Source: Chrysomallon squamiferum
Taxonomy: Eukaryota; Animalia; Mollusca
NCBI GenBank assembly: GCA_012295275.1
Contig: CM022677.1
Span: 5,084,001 to 5,148,000 of the forward strand
Reading direction: 5' to 3'
Length of the DNA stretch: 64,000 nucleotides
The position numbers and the translations under genes were made by a program. Within the stretch, counting starts at the first letter, position 1. Each line of letters starts with the position of its first letter. Of the stretch, positions 40,519 through 53,976 are shown piece by piece. Below the pieces are notes generated by a model. It worked only from the letters and a program-made list of their open reading frames with translations. It had not been told where the DNA came from and made no database searches.

Positions 40519-43349
40519 GCCATACAATGGCAAATACACAATGACAAATATATTAACGTGGTATTTTATTGAGTTCTCTACAAATTACGTTGCATTTACT
40601 CTTACTAGCTGTTTTTATAATACAGTGAGATTTATATATAATAATGAATATTTTGTTAAGAATACTATTACTGTGATGATTTTTGCACAGCATAATGGAA
40701 AAAGAGTTGTAGTTTACATGATTTTTTTAGATATTTAGATATTTAGGATTTCTTTGATAATACAGTTACGCAGATATAATACTACGCTGTAAATTACAAT
40801 AAAAGGTGAAACAGTAATATTTTTAAAAATTCAGCTGTTTCCAGACTAACGTCCTTTGTCTTATTAAAATAACTAGATTACAGAAGAGGTTCATGGAATA
40901 AAAGTGAAAAAATGCTGGATTAGGTTGATATAAATAAGAAATTATATTGATAATTAGAGTTTATGCCGATAACCTTTATTTTATTAGCAACAGTATAGAA
41001 AAAGAAATGAAGTTAATCAGGATGGACATTCCGTAATTTATTGAAGATTCTGGGCTTCTCCTAAAATATAAAATGTTAGTATGAATATATTCTGTGATGT
41101 AGATAGTAAAATATAATATTAATTTCCCACATAAACAACATAAATAGTGCAGTCAGAATTAAATTGCGTCTTTTAAAAACTATAGTGTAAGTAGCAGTAT
41201 TCTAACTTATTTGTATAAAAAGTGTTTGTGTTATAAAAGATACGGGATATCTCAAGTTGAACGTTCAATCATCAATGTTAAAGTAAAAGAGAAGAAAACG
41301 TTTTTTTCATTTATTCCCGTTGTCAGAATAGTTTATAGTTGAGTCTGTTAGTCTCTATTAACATGAGCGCAGTGCATACTTCAGTTTTCATTAATAACTC
41401 TTAACATTATTTATTCATTAATATTAATATCGAAGTAGATTTTGTATTTGTGATTATACATTGCGGTTCCGTAAACAACAGATTCTCATGTAATTAATAT
41501 GGATAAAGGAATATCACATTAAACTTTTTGTTTATGTTTAATAATTTGAAAATTTATTGAGTAACAGTATGCTGTATATTTCTCCAAATTCAGGTATTGT
41601 CCACGAGTAAATATCATCATTTTAATCTACAGTGATTATTTTAATGATCATTTTAGTCTTTAATATAATAAAATGTCTTTTGTAATTCTCCTATGAAATA
41701 AAAGGATAAGCTTACAGTTGCTGTTATTATATTCAGTGGTGCAGCTATTAGAAAGAAATATCAATGATAACAAAATTGTAAATTGTTTTCACTATAAACT
41801 GTTTTGACGATATTAAATGCGTAACCCGTGACGCGTGTTTTTCTCACTGAGTCCAGTTTATTCTACAAACAGTTTCTACTGACAGAAAAGAAACAAAGTA
41901 AATTCCTCTCTGAATTTCATGTGAAAACCTAGAATGCTCATCACATTAAAAACTGATAATTATTTTTGAGGAGTTATTTTTTTTATTTTTTTTATTTATT
42001 ATTATTTTGTTCCATTTGTTTTAATTTTTCTTCAATTTTTTAATTTTTTAATTAATTATTACTTTTTTATCATTCTGATAATATATTATTCGTTTACACT
42101 GAGAGGAATCGTATAAACTGACTTACATAAATTTAGTTATTGCTTTAATTCGAGACAAATTTAGTGTATTTTTTAAATAAGTAAGAAGTAAATAAGTAAG
42201 TATATAAATAAATAAATAAATAAAGCAAGAGAAACTATGTTTAATAATTAATTATTCTGGTATCGGACGCATACACTAGCGAGGTGGAGAAACTTTTAAC
42301 ACTCTGGGAATGTCGTGTAGGAGAATACCATCTGAATACTGCCGAATGCATGGAACATCCAAAGTTCAATCCTGTTTAAAGAATTTGATTTGTTTTGGCG
42401 AAGCAACGAAGATTTGCGAGCTGAGCTATACGCACTTCGAAAGCCACCAAAACGCTACTACGAGCTTCTCAGAAAGAACAGAGTTGTGCAATATTCTCAC
42501 AGATTTATTGTATTAGAAAAAATAAACATTTGATTTGTCTGTCAGTTCCCTTTCCTTAGGTTCTTCTACAATAGAAAACAGACTTTACTCTATGTAAAAT
42601 TACTAATTGTGTTATATTTCTTTTTACTTTTTTTCTCTTGGCTACGATTTTATTTCTAAACTCACTCTTCTCGGGTACATTAATTTCATTGTACCTTAAC
42701 ATCAAAACATTGTTTATTTATTGATTTATTATTTTATTTGTTTTATTTCTTTAGTTTAAACATTTTTTTATTTTGTTTTATCTTAAAGTCACATACATTC
42801 TGTACCACTTTTCAATTTAAACTGAATAAAAAGCCATTACTAAACATATTTTTTCATTATTTGTATGTGTGTGTGTATATACATACACACACACATATAA
42901 ACATATGCCTGCATACATATCCATATGCATCAAAAAAATACACACATAAACACACAAACAAAACTCATACAAACATACATTGGCTCATGGTATATTTGTG
43001 ATCCATATGTTACAGAAAAAAATTATTCATTTATTTTTATATTTTTAAAAATGTATTTATTTATAGTTGTTTTTTCTGTTTTCTTTTTCTTTTTTCCTTT
43101 TTTTTTTTCTTCTCATTTACAATACACATACAGTGTTTAACAAAAATATTTTTTATTTGTAAATGATTTTGAAAAAATAATGTTCATAGTATGGCTTTAA
43201 AAAAAACCCAAAACCACACATTTCTAACCTCTTGTAAATAAAAAAAATTGTTGTTGTTTTTCCTATCTTTTGTGTTTAACATATCACAGTTTAGATGTGG
43301 TTATAAGAGGAAATTATGTGAGAGAAAAATGAAAAGGATTCATACAGCT

Positions 43350-44030
43350 CTGCTCACTATTATCATAATTATCATCTGCAGGCTACTTACTATTATTGTA
43401 ATTATCATCTACAGGCTACTTACTATTATTGTAATTATCATCTGCAGGCTACTTACTATTATTGTAATTATCATCTACAGGCTACTTACTATTATTGTAA
43501 TTATCATCTACAGGCTACTTACTATTATTGTAATTATCATCTACAGGCTACTTACTATTATTGTAATTATCATCTGCAGGCTACTTACTATTATTATAAT
43601 TATCATCTACAGGCTACTTACTATTATTGTAATTATCATCTACAGGCTACTTACTATTATTATAATTATCATCTACAGGCTACTTACTATTATTATAATT
43701 ATCATCTACAGGCTACTTACTATTATTGTAATTATCATCTGCAGGCTACTTACTATTATTGTAATTATCATCTACAGGCTACTTACTATTATTGTAATTA
43801 TCATCTGCAGGCTACTTACTATTATTATAATTATCATCTACAGGCTACTTACTATTATTGTAATTATCATCTACAGGCTACTTACTATTATTATAATTAT
43901 CATCTACAGGCTACTTACTTTTATTGTAATTATCATCTACAGGCTACTTACTATTATTATAATTATCATCTACAGGCTACTTACTATTATTATAATTATC
44001 ATCTACTAACTCTCACTTTTATTATAATTA
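43350..44030. repeat. 33-bp minisatellite (ctacaggctacttactattattgtaattatcat)n, about 20 units
   Basis: Nearly perfect tandem array with two variable positions. Confidence 0.98.
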
Positions 44031-45554
44031 TCTGTTCACACACACTTGATAAATAACTGGTTTCTACATTCTGGTTTGTAAAAATCTGGTATTTTGCAGA
44101 TTATATACTTTAAAACATTTTTTTAGAAAAATATAAAAATAATTAAGAAATAAATAAATAAATAAATAAATAAAAATAACTTTAAAAAGTCTAAGTATTT
44201 GTCATGCTTCTGCAAGGCATTTACACAGCTGTATATAAAAAACAATCATATACATGTTCTGTATTTTGTGTAAACACATCAGAACCTTAACACTACAAAT
44301 GTTTTAATAACTAACCTGACTATCAAGACCACTCTGTATTACAAACAAAACCTTACATAATCAGCAATATGTTAGTAACTGCAGTATTAAAAACACTGTG
44401 ATACATCATGCTACTCAGTGATAAATACTAACGACAATTCTTACACACCATCTCAGAGAAAAGCTAACTCTTCAGTTTCTGTTAAGTCACAGTGTATACT
44501 GGATATAATTGAAATTCATTCACAGATAAAGCACTGAGGATTTGTAATGCTACATAATATACATATACAACTGTAATCTGTCTCTTAAAATAAAACAGCT
44601 GAAAAAAAACACTTCTTCATTGTGGGCCAGTGATAAGTGTCTATCTATGTTTCAATGTGTGCTTGAGTGTGTATGTGCTTGTGTAAGTCTGTATGCATGT
44701 TTATTTGAGTTTGTATATATATATGTATGTATGGATGTGTATCTGTGTGTGTTTATATTATGTGCATTTGAGTGTGCATATATTTGTTTAAGTCTGTATC
44801 TGCATGTATCTGTGTGCTTATTATGTGTGCATGACTAGGTTTGCATTTCTGCATATTTGCATGTATATGTGTCTGTGTGTGTTTGTATTGTATGTTTAAG
44901 TATGTACGTATGCTTGTATGTCTGTATGTGTAGATATATGTGTCTGTATTAATGTATGTATGAATAAGTATGGATTATTTGTACTTATATCTAAGCATGT
45001 GTGTATGAATACTTGTGTTTGTATTACGGTGTGTGTGTGTAAGTCTGGATGTAATCAATGCCAAATAAATTGTTGGTTCAGAAAACATTATCTAAACACT
45101 AAAAACAAAAACAAATCTGAAAATAAACACAGTATCTACTATGTGTGCTTTATCTAGTTGTTTTACCTGCTGGAATTAAATAGCAATAGAAATTGAATAA
45201 AATACATATTTATATTTAATTATTTAAAACAATTTTTTTATATATATAATTAGTTACTAATTTAATATCAAAACACTCACATTAAAATAGAAAAATAAAC
45301 ATATTCCATAAACATACATAATTAAAAAAACTCACAAGTCATCATAAACTAATATATACACATATATGCACATACACATGAACACACATGTGCATACATA
45401 TAAAAACATCCATACAAACACAGTCAAGCAGAAACACAGACTTGCACATATATAGACACACACTGACCATAAAAATACAGACACATTCACACACACAAAA
45501 CTCAGACTTAATACACATATATCACACACACACACTGACCATCACACACAAATA

Positions 45555-45702
45555 ACTCACACACATACAACTCACACACATACAACTCACACACATACAA
45601 CTCACACACATACAACTCACACACATACAACTCACACACATACAACTCACACACATACAACTCACACACATACAACTCACACACATACAACTCACACACA
45701 TA
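45555..45702. repeat. 15-bp minisatellite (actcacacacataca)n
   Basis: About 9-10 perfect units within a CA-rich tract. Confidence 0.97.
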
Positions 45703-46497
45703 TAAATATAAATATAAACATACTGGAGGCTGTACAAGGGAATGTGTGTCAGACTTACTTTTTATTTTATTATTATTTTTTTTTTTTTAAAGATTTGAAA
45801 TATGTACCCAAGTAAAAATATTAATGAATACATTTTTTTAAAATATGACATAATACCTGTCTTTGTACATTCTTTATATTAAGATTATTTTTTTTTTTTT
45901 TTTTTTTGCTTTTAATAAAAAGAAATATCTCAACACTGTACTAAATATTATAAAAATAGAATAAAAATGTATTTCCCTTTTTATTGTTGTTATTTTATAT
46001 AATTATTTTTATAATTGTATCAAATATTATTTATAATTTTTATTGTTGTTCTTTTATTAGAAAGAAATGTATCAACATTAAAATACTAATTTATTATTAT
46101 TACATTAAGAGAGTTTTATTTCTCCTTTCATCATTGTTGTTATCACATGATGGTTTGAGGATCACATTAAATAATAATTAGAATAGCTTTATTTATCTTT
46201 TTATTTTAGAATTATCTTAAATATTATTAAAATAGTTTTATTTTTTTTATTGTTGTTGTTTTTGTAGTTATCACTATATCAGATTTTAGAATTATATTAA
46301 ATAATAAAATAGTTTTATTTATATTCGTATTGTTTTATTTTTTTTAGGTTATTACTTGATCAGATTTTAGAATTAAATACACACACATATATAATGTATC
46401 TATCTTATTCCTCTATTAAATATTCTGATCCATCAGTAACTTAAATATATGTCTAGAACTAAAAATATAGAATAAAACATTCTTACACATGCATATA

Positions 46498-46690
46498 TGT
46501 TACAGTCAATATGTCAAACTAGTCATTTAGCCTAACACACAAAACCATCAGAAATTAGGCCTAATGACTAAAATTTCCAGGAATTAGGCCTAATGATATT
46601 AAAATTTCCAGGAATTAGGTCAAATGACTGGATTTTCCATGGTCTTGTTTGACATTCTGCCTGATAGTAAATCAGAAAATCAGTCAAGCA
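46498..46690 (+). mobile_element. Ginger2-like left terminus related to the nested element
   Basis: TATA|TGTTACAGTCAATATGTCAAACTAGTCATTT...TTTGACATTCTGCCTGATAG parallels 77-158. Internal subterminal repeats gaattaggcctaatga occur three times. Confidence 0.7.
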
Positions 46691-47081
46691 GGTTTAATGC
46701 TTTGCAACATCATTAGTGGTTCAATTCAATTCTTTATTATTCTATGCTCAGCACAAAAACATGTGCTAAGCATGAGTCTTAAAACCAGAATAGAGAGAGA
46801 AGTGGAAGAAAGAGACGAAAGGACTATGACAGATTGCATGAAGTATAAAAACTTAACTGTTACTCTAAAACTGGTTTTTAAAACGTATTGTAATATCATT
46901 CAAATAATCCTGGGTTAACTGTATTGTAACCATATTATACTTAAATCACCATCCATTCAATTTTTTATAAATAAAATAAGACCTTAGAAAATATTAAAAG
47001 TTACAAGATTAACACATTTAGACCTATATAAATATATATATATATATAAAATATTAATAAAAAATGAGATACAGTAATAAA

Positions 47082-47139
<58 letters not shown>

Positions 47140-48161
47140 ATTAAAAAATAATAGTAGTATAAATTAATTATAACAATTAAAAAGAAGAAACATATTCTAT
47201 CAAATGAAACAATAAATTATTTTATTTACTGATTTTTTATTATCAGAACAATAAGGAATGTAGACAGGATAAAATAAATAAATAAGTAAACAAATAAATA
47301 AAGTATTAAACCCTATTCTGAAAACACAGTTTTATGTCAACCCTGATCAACCCTTTAAAACTCACCTTTCACTACAATCTAGTTTTTAAACAACAGTCAG
47401 CCATATTGAAATGGAGACTGGTGTGGGTGAATGTTGCAACCAGCAAATAGTAAAGAAATAAAATAAACATTAGTTACACCTTTCATCATCAAAACCCAAA
47501 ATCATTTTACTAAGAATCAGCTACTCCACCAATCTAAACACAATCAAATTCAAATATAAAATAAACACAACACCAAACTGTAGCTGTGGAATTTCTGAAA
47601 CCATGAAACATTATTAGTTCTCTGTCCAAATTCTGCAAGTAAACACCTAAAGCTACATGACACATTCAATGAATTAAAAATTGAATTTACACTTAAAAAC
47701 AGCTTGATAGCAATAGTGAAAAACTTTAATTCAAACAAATAAATAGACACAAATGTTTGATTAAATAAATTTAAAAACATAACATCAAATAACACAATCA
47801 CACAGGAGTTTTAGCAGAGTAACGTGTCCACATTATGGTATTTAATGAGAAAAGTCATCTTTTTCCAAAACGTGCTTATCTTTTACAGAATGATAAACTG
47901 TGTGGGTATGTGTGTGTTTGTGTTTGTGTATTGTGGTTTGTTCTGGAACAACATCTTGTAGTCATTATGATCAGTTAATCAAATGAAAAGAAATATCTAT
48001 TTATTTTCTATCAGTTAAAATTCACATTTAATTATTCAGATATTTAAAAATTCAGTCAATATAAAGACACATCTACTTACCTTGCTTACAGCTGCACGAG
48101 TTGTGAAGAAAACAGATACAAAATTTAACTTTAATAATTTATGAAGGACAAGGAACATTAG

Positions 48162-48446
48162 CTGAACAAGACTTGGTAATTCTGTTATTTCTGGTGATTT
48201 GGTTCCACATCTGCCCAATGTCTCAACATGTCACTGAACAAGACTTGGTAATTCTGTTATTTCTGGTGATTTGGTTCCACATCTGTCCAATGTCTCAACA
48301 TGTCACTGAACAAGACTTGGTAATTCTGTTATGTCTGGTGATTTGGTTCCACATCTCAACATGTCACTGAACAAGACTTGGTAATTCTGTTATGTCTGGT
48401 GATTTGGTTCCTCATCTGCCCAATGTCTCAACATGTCACTGAACAA
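48162..48446. repeat. 72-bp tandem repeat, 4 units (third has an 11-bp deletion)
   Basis: ctgaacaagacttggtaattctgtta... starts at 48162, 48234, 48306 and 48367, with a partial unit at 48439. Confidence 0.96.
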
Positions 48447-48699
48447 AGACCAATCTGTTTATAATCAGTCCATGATGCCCATATTTAACACGACATGATT
48501 GAGGATCTCTTTGTATCTGTGGAAATTAATCAGCCTTTCTTATTCTCAAGAATATGTTTTTATTTTAATTTGTTCTGCTTCAGACTGAGGACCATTTATT
48601 ACCGCATGAGATGTAAGTATATCCTGCCAATGCTGCCCTGTTTGCTATTGATGTGTCTGGTTTCAGTAGGTGGTGAAAGTGAACAACAACCTGTTCGTT

Positions 48700-49244
48700 T
48701 AGCTGTAACGTTATTGCATACTCTCGATACCGTTGTCATTGTTACAAATGTTGATGCTGCGTGTTGTTTCGCTTTTTATAAACTATTGTACTGTGCGCAC
48801 CCTATATTAAAAAAATATTATTATTATTGTTGTCTGCGTTGTCCTGCACGATATTTATGTCTTTGTCATTATTCTTTTGAGGATTTTTATTAATTGCTGT
48901 CCTTAATTTCTTAGTGTGTAGATCCTATTTAAAAATATATTGTTGCTATTTGTATTCATGTCGACGTCGTACCTGCGTTGTGTAGTTTAATTATTGTGCT
49001 TTTCATTAACTATTATTATCATTTTTTTATGTGCGCTTCCTGTATTACAATATATTATTATTACCAGTACTATTACTTTTTTTTCTGTTAATGACGGTAT
49101 CATTGCCGTCGTGGCTGCATTGTTCTTAACGTTTTTGGTTTACTTCTCTTTATCCTGTTGCGCATGTTAATAACTTTGTTAAAATATATTAAAATACATT
49201 ATTATTGTTACTATTAACGTCACCGCAGCTGTTGTTCTTCGCGC

Positions 49245-49280
<36 letters not shown>

Positions 49281-49340
49281 GTCGCCATCATTGAAGTCGT
49301 GCCTGCGTTGTACTCCTATTATGTTGTCTTTTTCAGTAAC
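48700..49340 (-). repeat. Degenerate array of the CpG-rich ~130-bp repeat (left arm)
   Basis: tcattgccgtcgtggctgcattgttcttaacgt (about 49100-49132) is the near reverse complement of acgttaagaacaatgctggaacgacggcaatga (about 51450-51482). Related monomers lie nearby. Confidence 0.7.
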
Positions 49341-50807
49341 TGTTATTCTTACTTTCGTAGAGTTAAATAATACAAAATAAAAAAAAAGAATTCTTTGTCT
49401 TAGAAAAATGGAATATTTTATTATAAACGACATTAACGATATTAATGATTTTGTGAAATTAACGTAAAACAGAAGCGTAATATCTTCGCTCCACATCTAA
49501 ATACGAATATGTTCTTTAGACGAAATATTAACATTAAAATTATATTCACGTTATTAAAATTTAATTCTTAATATGCTGTGCACATTTTCAATGAAAAATA
49601 GGATTCCTTCGGTAATGTTATTAGCTATACAACACATTACATTGAAACACACAAACACACACACACACACACCCACACACACAAACACAGACTATATTTG
49701 TTTTTCCTCAAAATTAATGTCCTTCACATTGTATACTGAAAAATGATGGTCCTTCATATCAAGTTATTTTATTATTAACAGAAACAGGACTATACCGAAA
49801 AGCGTGATATGCTAGATGAAGATTGTATTGATGTTACTGACAATATGTGATATTTTATTTGTATCACCATAGTAACAGGAAATTCCGCGACATAATTTAC
49901 ATCTCTCTCTACATGAAATTAGATGATTAACCTAAAATTAACCTTCCGTTTTTACAGAAAAAAATAAAATAAAATAATAATAATAAAGAAGCGAGAAGGC
50001 GCGATATTAAGGTGTTATTATTGTTGTCATTGTTCTATTATTGACAAATACAATGCTTGTTATGTAGATTATTACTGGTGGAGCGGTTATACTAATATAT
50101 AATGTAATAAGAGAACTTCAGGTATAATATGAAATCTAAAGTATATTACACTATACAACTTGCGCTGATGTATACCTTGAATATAATGAAAAAACAAAAT
50201 TTCAATTATCGTAATAAAACAACATGTTAACCTTGTTTGTTCTCAGCTAATCACTATAAACTGTTGTGATTCCAGGGAAGTTAACTCTGAGATGTTTAAA
50301 TGTAACCTGTACGATATTAACAAAATCTGACATTTCTCAACATACTTAACAGTAAAAATCACCGCTCAACCAGTATTTGATTGTCCTTTTTCTTTTTACC
50401 CGTAATTAAGCCGCTTATTTACATTATGCCATGTAAAATTATCATTTATGATTGTCATTAATATCTAATAGATTATCTGTGATTATCAATATTTTATGTA
50501 GTGTTCGACGTACAGTAAAATTACACCTTTTTAGTTCACGATTTAGAATTAGTAAAATTATCACATTACTAAAACGGACGTTGTATTTTCTAAAACAATA
50601 GTTAATATTACCGCTACACCTCTGTTGAGAAACTAATGACGTCTAATACAGACAGTGATGGCTGCGTTAAAACTGCAAGTGATATTTTCATGACGCTGAG
50701 TCAAGTATCTGTGTGTGTCTCTGTGTCTGCTGAACATTAATCTTACCTTTCAGCAACTTCTTTTCAGTGATCCATTTCCCCATCCACGCAATAATCAGGT
50801 TTTCATC

Positions 50808-51560
50808 AAGACGTTAAGAACAATTATGGAACGATGGTAATGACGGCCTCATTAATAGATATTTGTTTAATGTAGGATGTGTACACTAATTGTAATACTT
50901 AATAAAAGGCAAAATAATAAGTTGAACATTGAAAAAAATGCCGTTACGACGGTGATGACGACGACATTAATAAACGTAATAATAATATATTTTAATATAG
51001 GACGGGCCGGGTCAGAAAATATAAATAACTGCGAATAAAAAAGCTAAAAGAAATGATGAGGAATGCACCAATAACTTTAGGAACAGCGTTCGTACCAAGA
51101 CAACGACGGCGACATTAATAGAAATCACAATAACATATTTCAATAGGTGATTCGCCCGCTCAGAAAGTATGAGGAATGATTCATAAAAAAAAGCTAAAGA
51201 ATAATGAGACCTCTACGCAAGCTAGAAACAACGACGTTACGACGGCGACGATGGTGATATTGATAGAAATGGTAATAATGCATTTTAGTGTAAGATTTGA
51301 ACACTAAAAGAAGTATCAGTAATGGTTAATAAAAATGAAAACAACGCCGTTACGACGGTAGCGACGGCGGCATTAATAGAAATACAGGAGGCGCAGGTCA
51401 CAAAATAAGCGAATAAAAAGTGAAAAAGAATAACGAGATGTACACCAAGACGTTAAGAACAATGCTGGAACGACGGCAATGACGGCCTCGTTAATAGAAA
51501 GAGTAACGATATTTTTTAACGTAGGATGTGACACTGATTGCATTAGTTAATAAAAGGAAG
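50808..51560 (+). repeat. Array of six CpG-rich ~115-150-bp monomers (right arm), with ~640-bp higher-order period
   Basis: Recurrent acgacggc...gacggcgacattaatagaaa core. The first monomer (50808) and last monomer (51447) are the most alike (aagacgttaagaacaat...aatgacggcctc.ttaataga). Confidence 0.85.
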
Positions 51561-51730
51561 AAGAATATTTTTTTATTTTTTTTAGAGCAGATGTTTTCAG
51601 GTGTATTGGTAAATTCCTGGACAATAATAAGCAACTTATTCTAGTGTGAGTTGTAAACTTCGTGGTTTTATTTGGTGCATTAATATAAGTTATAAGAAGA
51701 AAGAAAAAGTAGGTTAAAACAAAAATAACA

Positions 51731-51770
51731 ACACCGTTTATTTGAAGTTTACGGTGAACGATTGGCTAAT
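51731..51770 (+). promoter_or_regulatory. Putative promoter block (TTTGAA, ATTGG) of gene relic C
   Basis: Conserved counterpart of 6381-6420. Confidence 0.3.
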
Positions 51771-51904
51771 AATAAAAAAAAAAAAAAAAAAAAAAATAAA
51801 TAAATAAAAAAGAAGAACCATATCGATTTATAATTTTTTATTTATTTGTTTTGAACATCAATTTAATATCTTTATTTATTTTTATTTTTTATTATCTTAT
51901 TTGC

Positions 51905-52441
51905 AGAAAAATGCGGGATGGTTTCGGTCTTAGCGGATTTACTTTCTTGTTGGATGTTCGAAGAATAGTCTACAGAATTGGGATAATCGCATTATCATGC
52001 AACAAAAAAGTTTCTCCATGTATTTCATTTTGTGAAGGAGACAGGTATTACTATTTATTATTATAGTTGTTAATGTGTTTGGATATTTTTCGTTTTATTT
52101 AATTATAATTTAAAAGTCATACACGTGATGGCAGCCATCTTATTTTGGAATAATATTTATTTATTTATTTATTTTCATTTTTTTTTTTTGTTGTTGAAAA
52201 TAACGACACTCGATTAATAATAAAATTCACCTGTGGTTGTACTAATGTGAACAGCATAAACAACGTCATATAAACAAGAAATCATGTTTAGTCTTTAATT
52301 TTGTTTTACCAATCACTGTATGATATATCGGGGGCAAATTTTGTGTGACCAGTAATTAAATTTGTTTTAAAATAAATTGACTTGTGTAGCACACATCACA
52401 CGACAACTATGTGTCAACTGTCAAAGGATTTATTTGTTAAT

Positions 52442-52507
<66 letters not shown>

Positions 52508-53976
52508 TTGAAATAAACTAATAAAAATATTAAAAACAAATAAGCTAATTTTGTTTCACATGTTGTTATCTGTCAGTTTTTTTCTGATTTTTTTTTTATA
52601 TTCATGTTAAATTCATGCTTTATACATTATTAAGCATATTGAATTGATTTTTTAAACATATTAAAGGTTATAATGGGTGGGGCAATAAATGCTTTCATTA
52701 TTTAAGCTAAATAACTGTATAGCTCTGTTAATAATAAAAACAAATAAACATAAATAAAAAATTAAGAAAAATATGACCAGGTTATTTCATAAGTAGACAC
52801 TGTAAAATATTAATACAATTATTTTTTATCTTATTATTAGTACTACTTTTTGTTATTATTATGTTCTATTTTTTAATTATTTATTTTTTTAATCTTTATT
52901 ATTATTATTCATTTTCTTTTTCTTATCATTACTAATATTTGTTTATTTGGGATGTTTTCCAGGACATCTGGAGAAAATGTTCCAAATGAATTTAAAGAAT
53001 TTTTCTATGAAAAATCAGATGTGAATGAAACATTTTATAAATTTCTCATCGAGCTACACATTCACTGACCAGAACCACACTGTAGAGTGCAAGTGCTGCT
53101 AGAATACTGTAATATGGATATATCGATGGTTTATATTCAGCATAGACAGGAACAAGAAGGAAAGGACAGAGCACCACTGAAGTCTGCAGTTTTGTGAAAA
53201 CAAGCTGATGCTGGTAAAAATACTTCATCTGCTACACTGCCAAACAAAATCACTTGGCAGATGACTGCGATGGCTCTGCATGACTGTAGCAAAGACAACA
53301 GCCAGGAAGTTGAGCAGCAGGTGACGTCTGAGCTTACTGTTCTGAGAATGAAGCTGAAGATGAAGATTAAGAAAAAAGAGAAAAGAAAACAGAGGCTGTA
53401 GCTGCAGCTGAACAAGATGAGACTCGGGAAGGCAGCATTCATGAGAGTGATGTGTCGCCACATTGACTATTCGAAGGACCGAGCTAGTCCTTTACCTGAT
53501 TCGGACAACAGAGTGGGGCCAATGCACCCAGGTCCCTGTCCCCTACTTCATCATCACAAAAATCCAGGCCATTTTCCAGAGAAGGGATACAAGAGACTAA
53601 TGATAATGTGAATCGACAGTCTGGTGTCAAATGATGTGTCAGGCCTGTGTAAGAATGTTTTCAGAAACCTCTCAACAGTGTCAGGGTATGTTTTATTAGT
53701 TTATATATGTGTATGTGTGTCTGTGTGTGAGTGTGTGTGTGTGTGCGAGCGTGCGTGCGAGACAGAGATGAACATCACACAAATGATAAGCAATACAAAT
53801 AATGCATTTATCAGACAAATGCAGATTGATTCAAAAAGAAAAAAAAATGGATCATGTTCATTAAATATTTTATAGGTCATTGCAGTATTATTCAGGTGCT
53901 ATTTAGAAAGGAAATTTACTTTATGGAGAAGAATGAATCAGCTGTACAGACACTGCAGACTGCACAATTCCAAGTT
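51905..53976 (+). pseudogene. Unidentified spliced gene relic, copy C (longest version of the large exon)
   Basis: Exon-like blocks: about 51907-52044 (ends gacag|gtatta), about 52963-53685 (ends tcagg|gtatg) and 53876-53976 (tttatag|GTCATTGC...CAAGTT|gtgagt). The large exon has stops and no long intact ORF. Confidence 0.55.

Noticed and set aside
43248-44009. 253-aa hydrophobic ORF as a multi-pass membrane protein
   Set aside because: Generated by a stop-free 33-bp minisatellite; non-ATG start and no unique domain.
48162-48446. CRISPR array or coding repeat
   Set aside because: Head-to-tail 72-bp units with no unique spacers; one unit has a frame-breaking 11-bp deletion.
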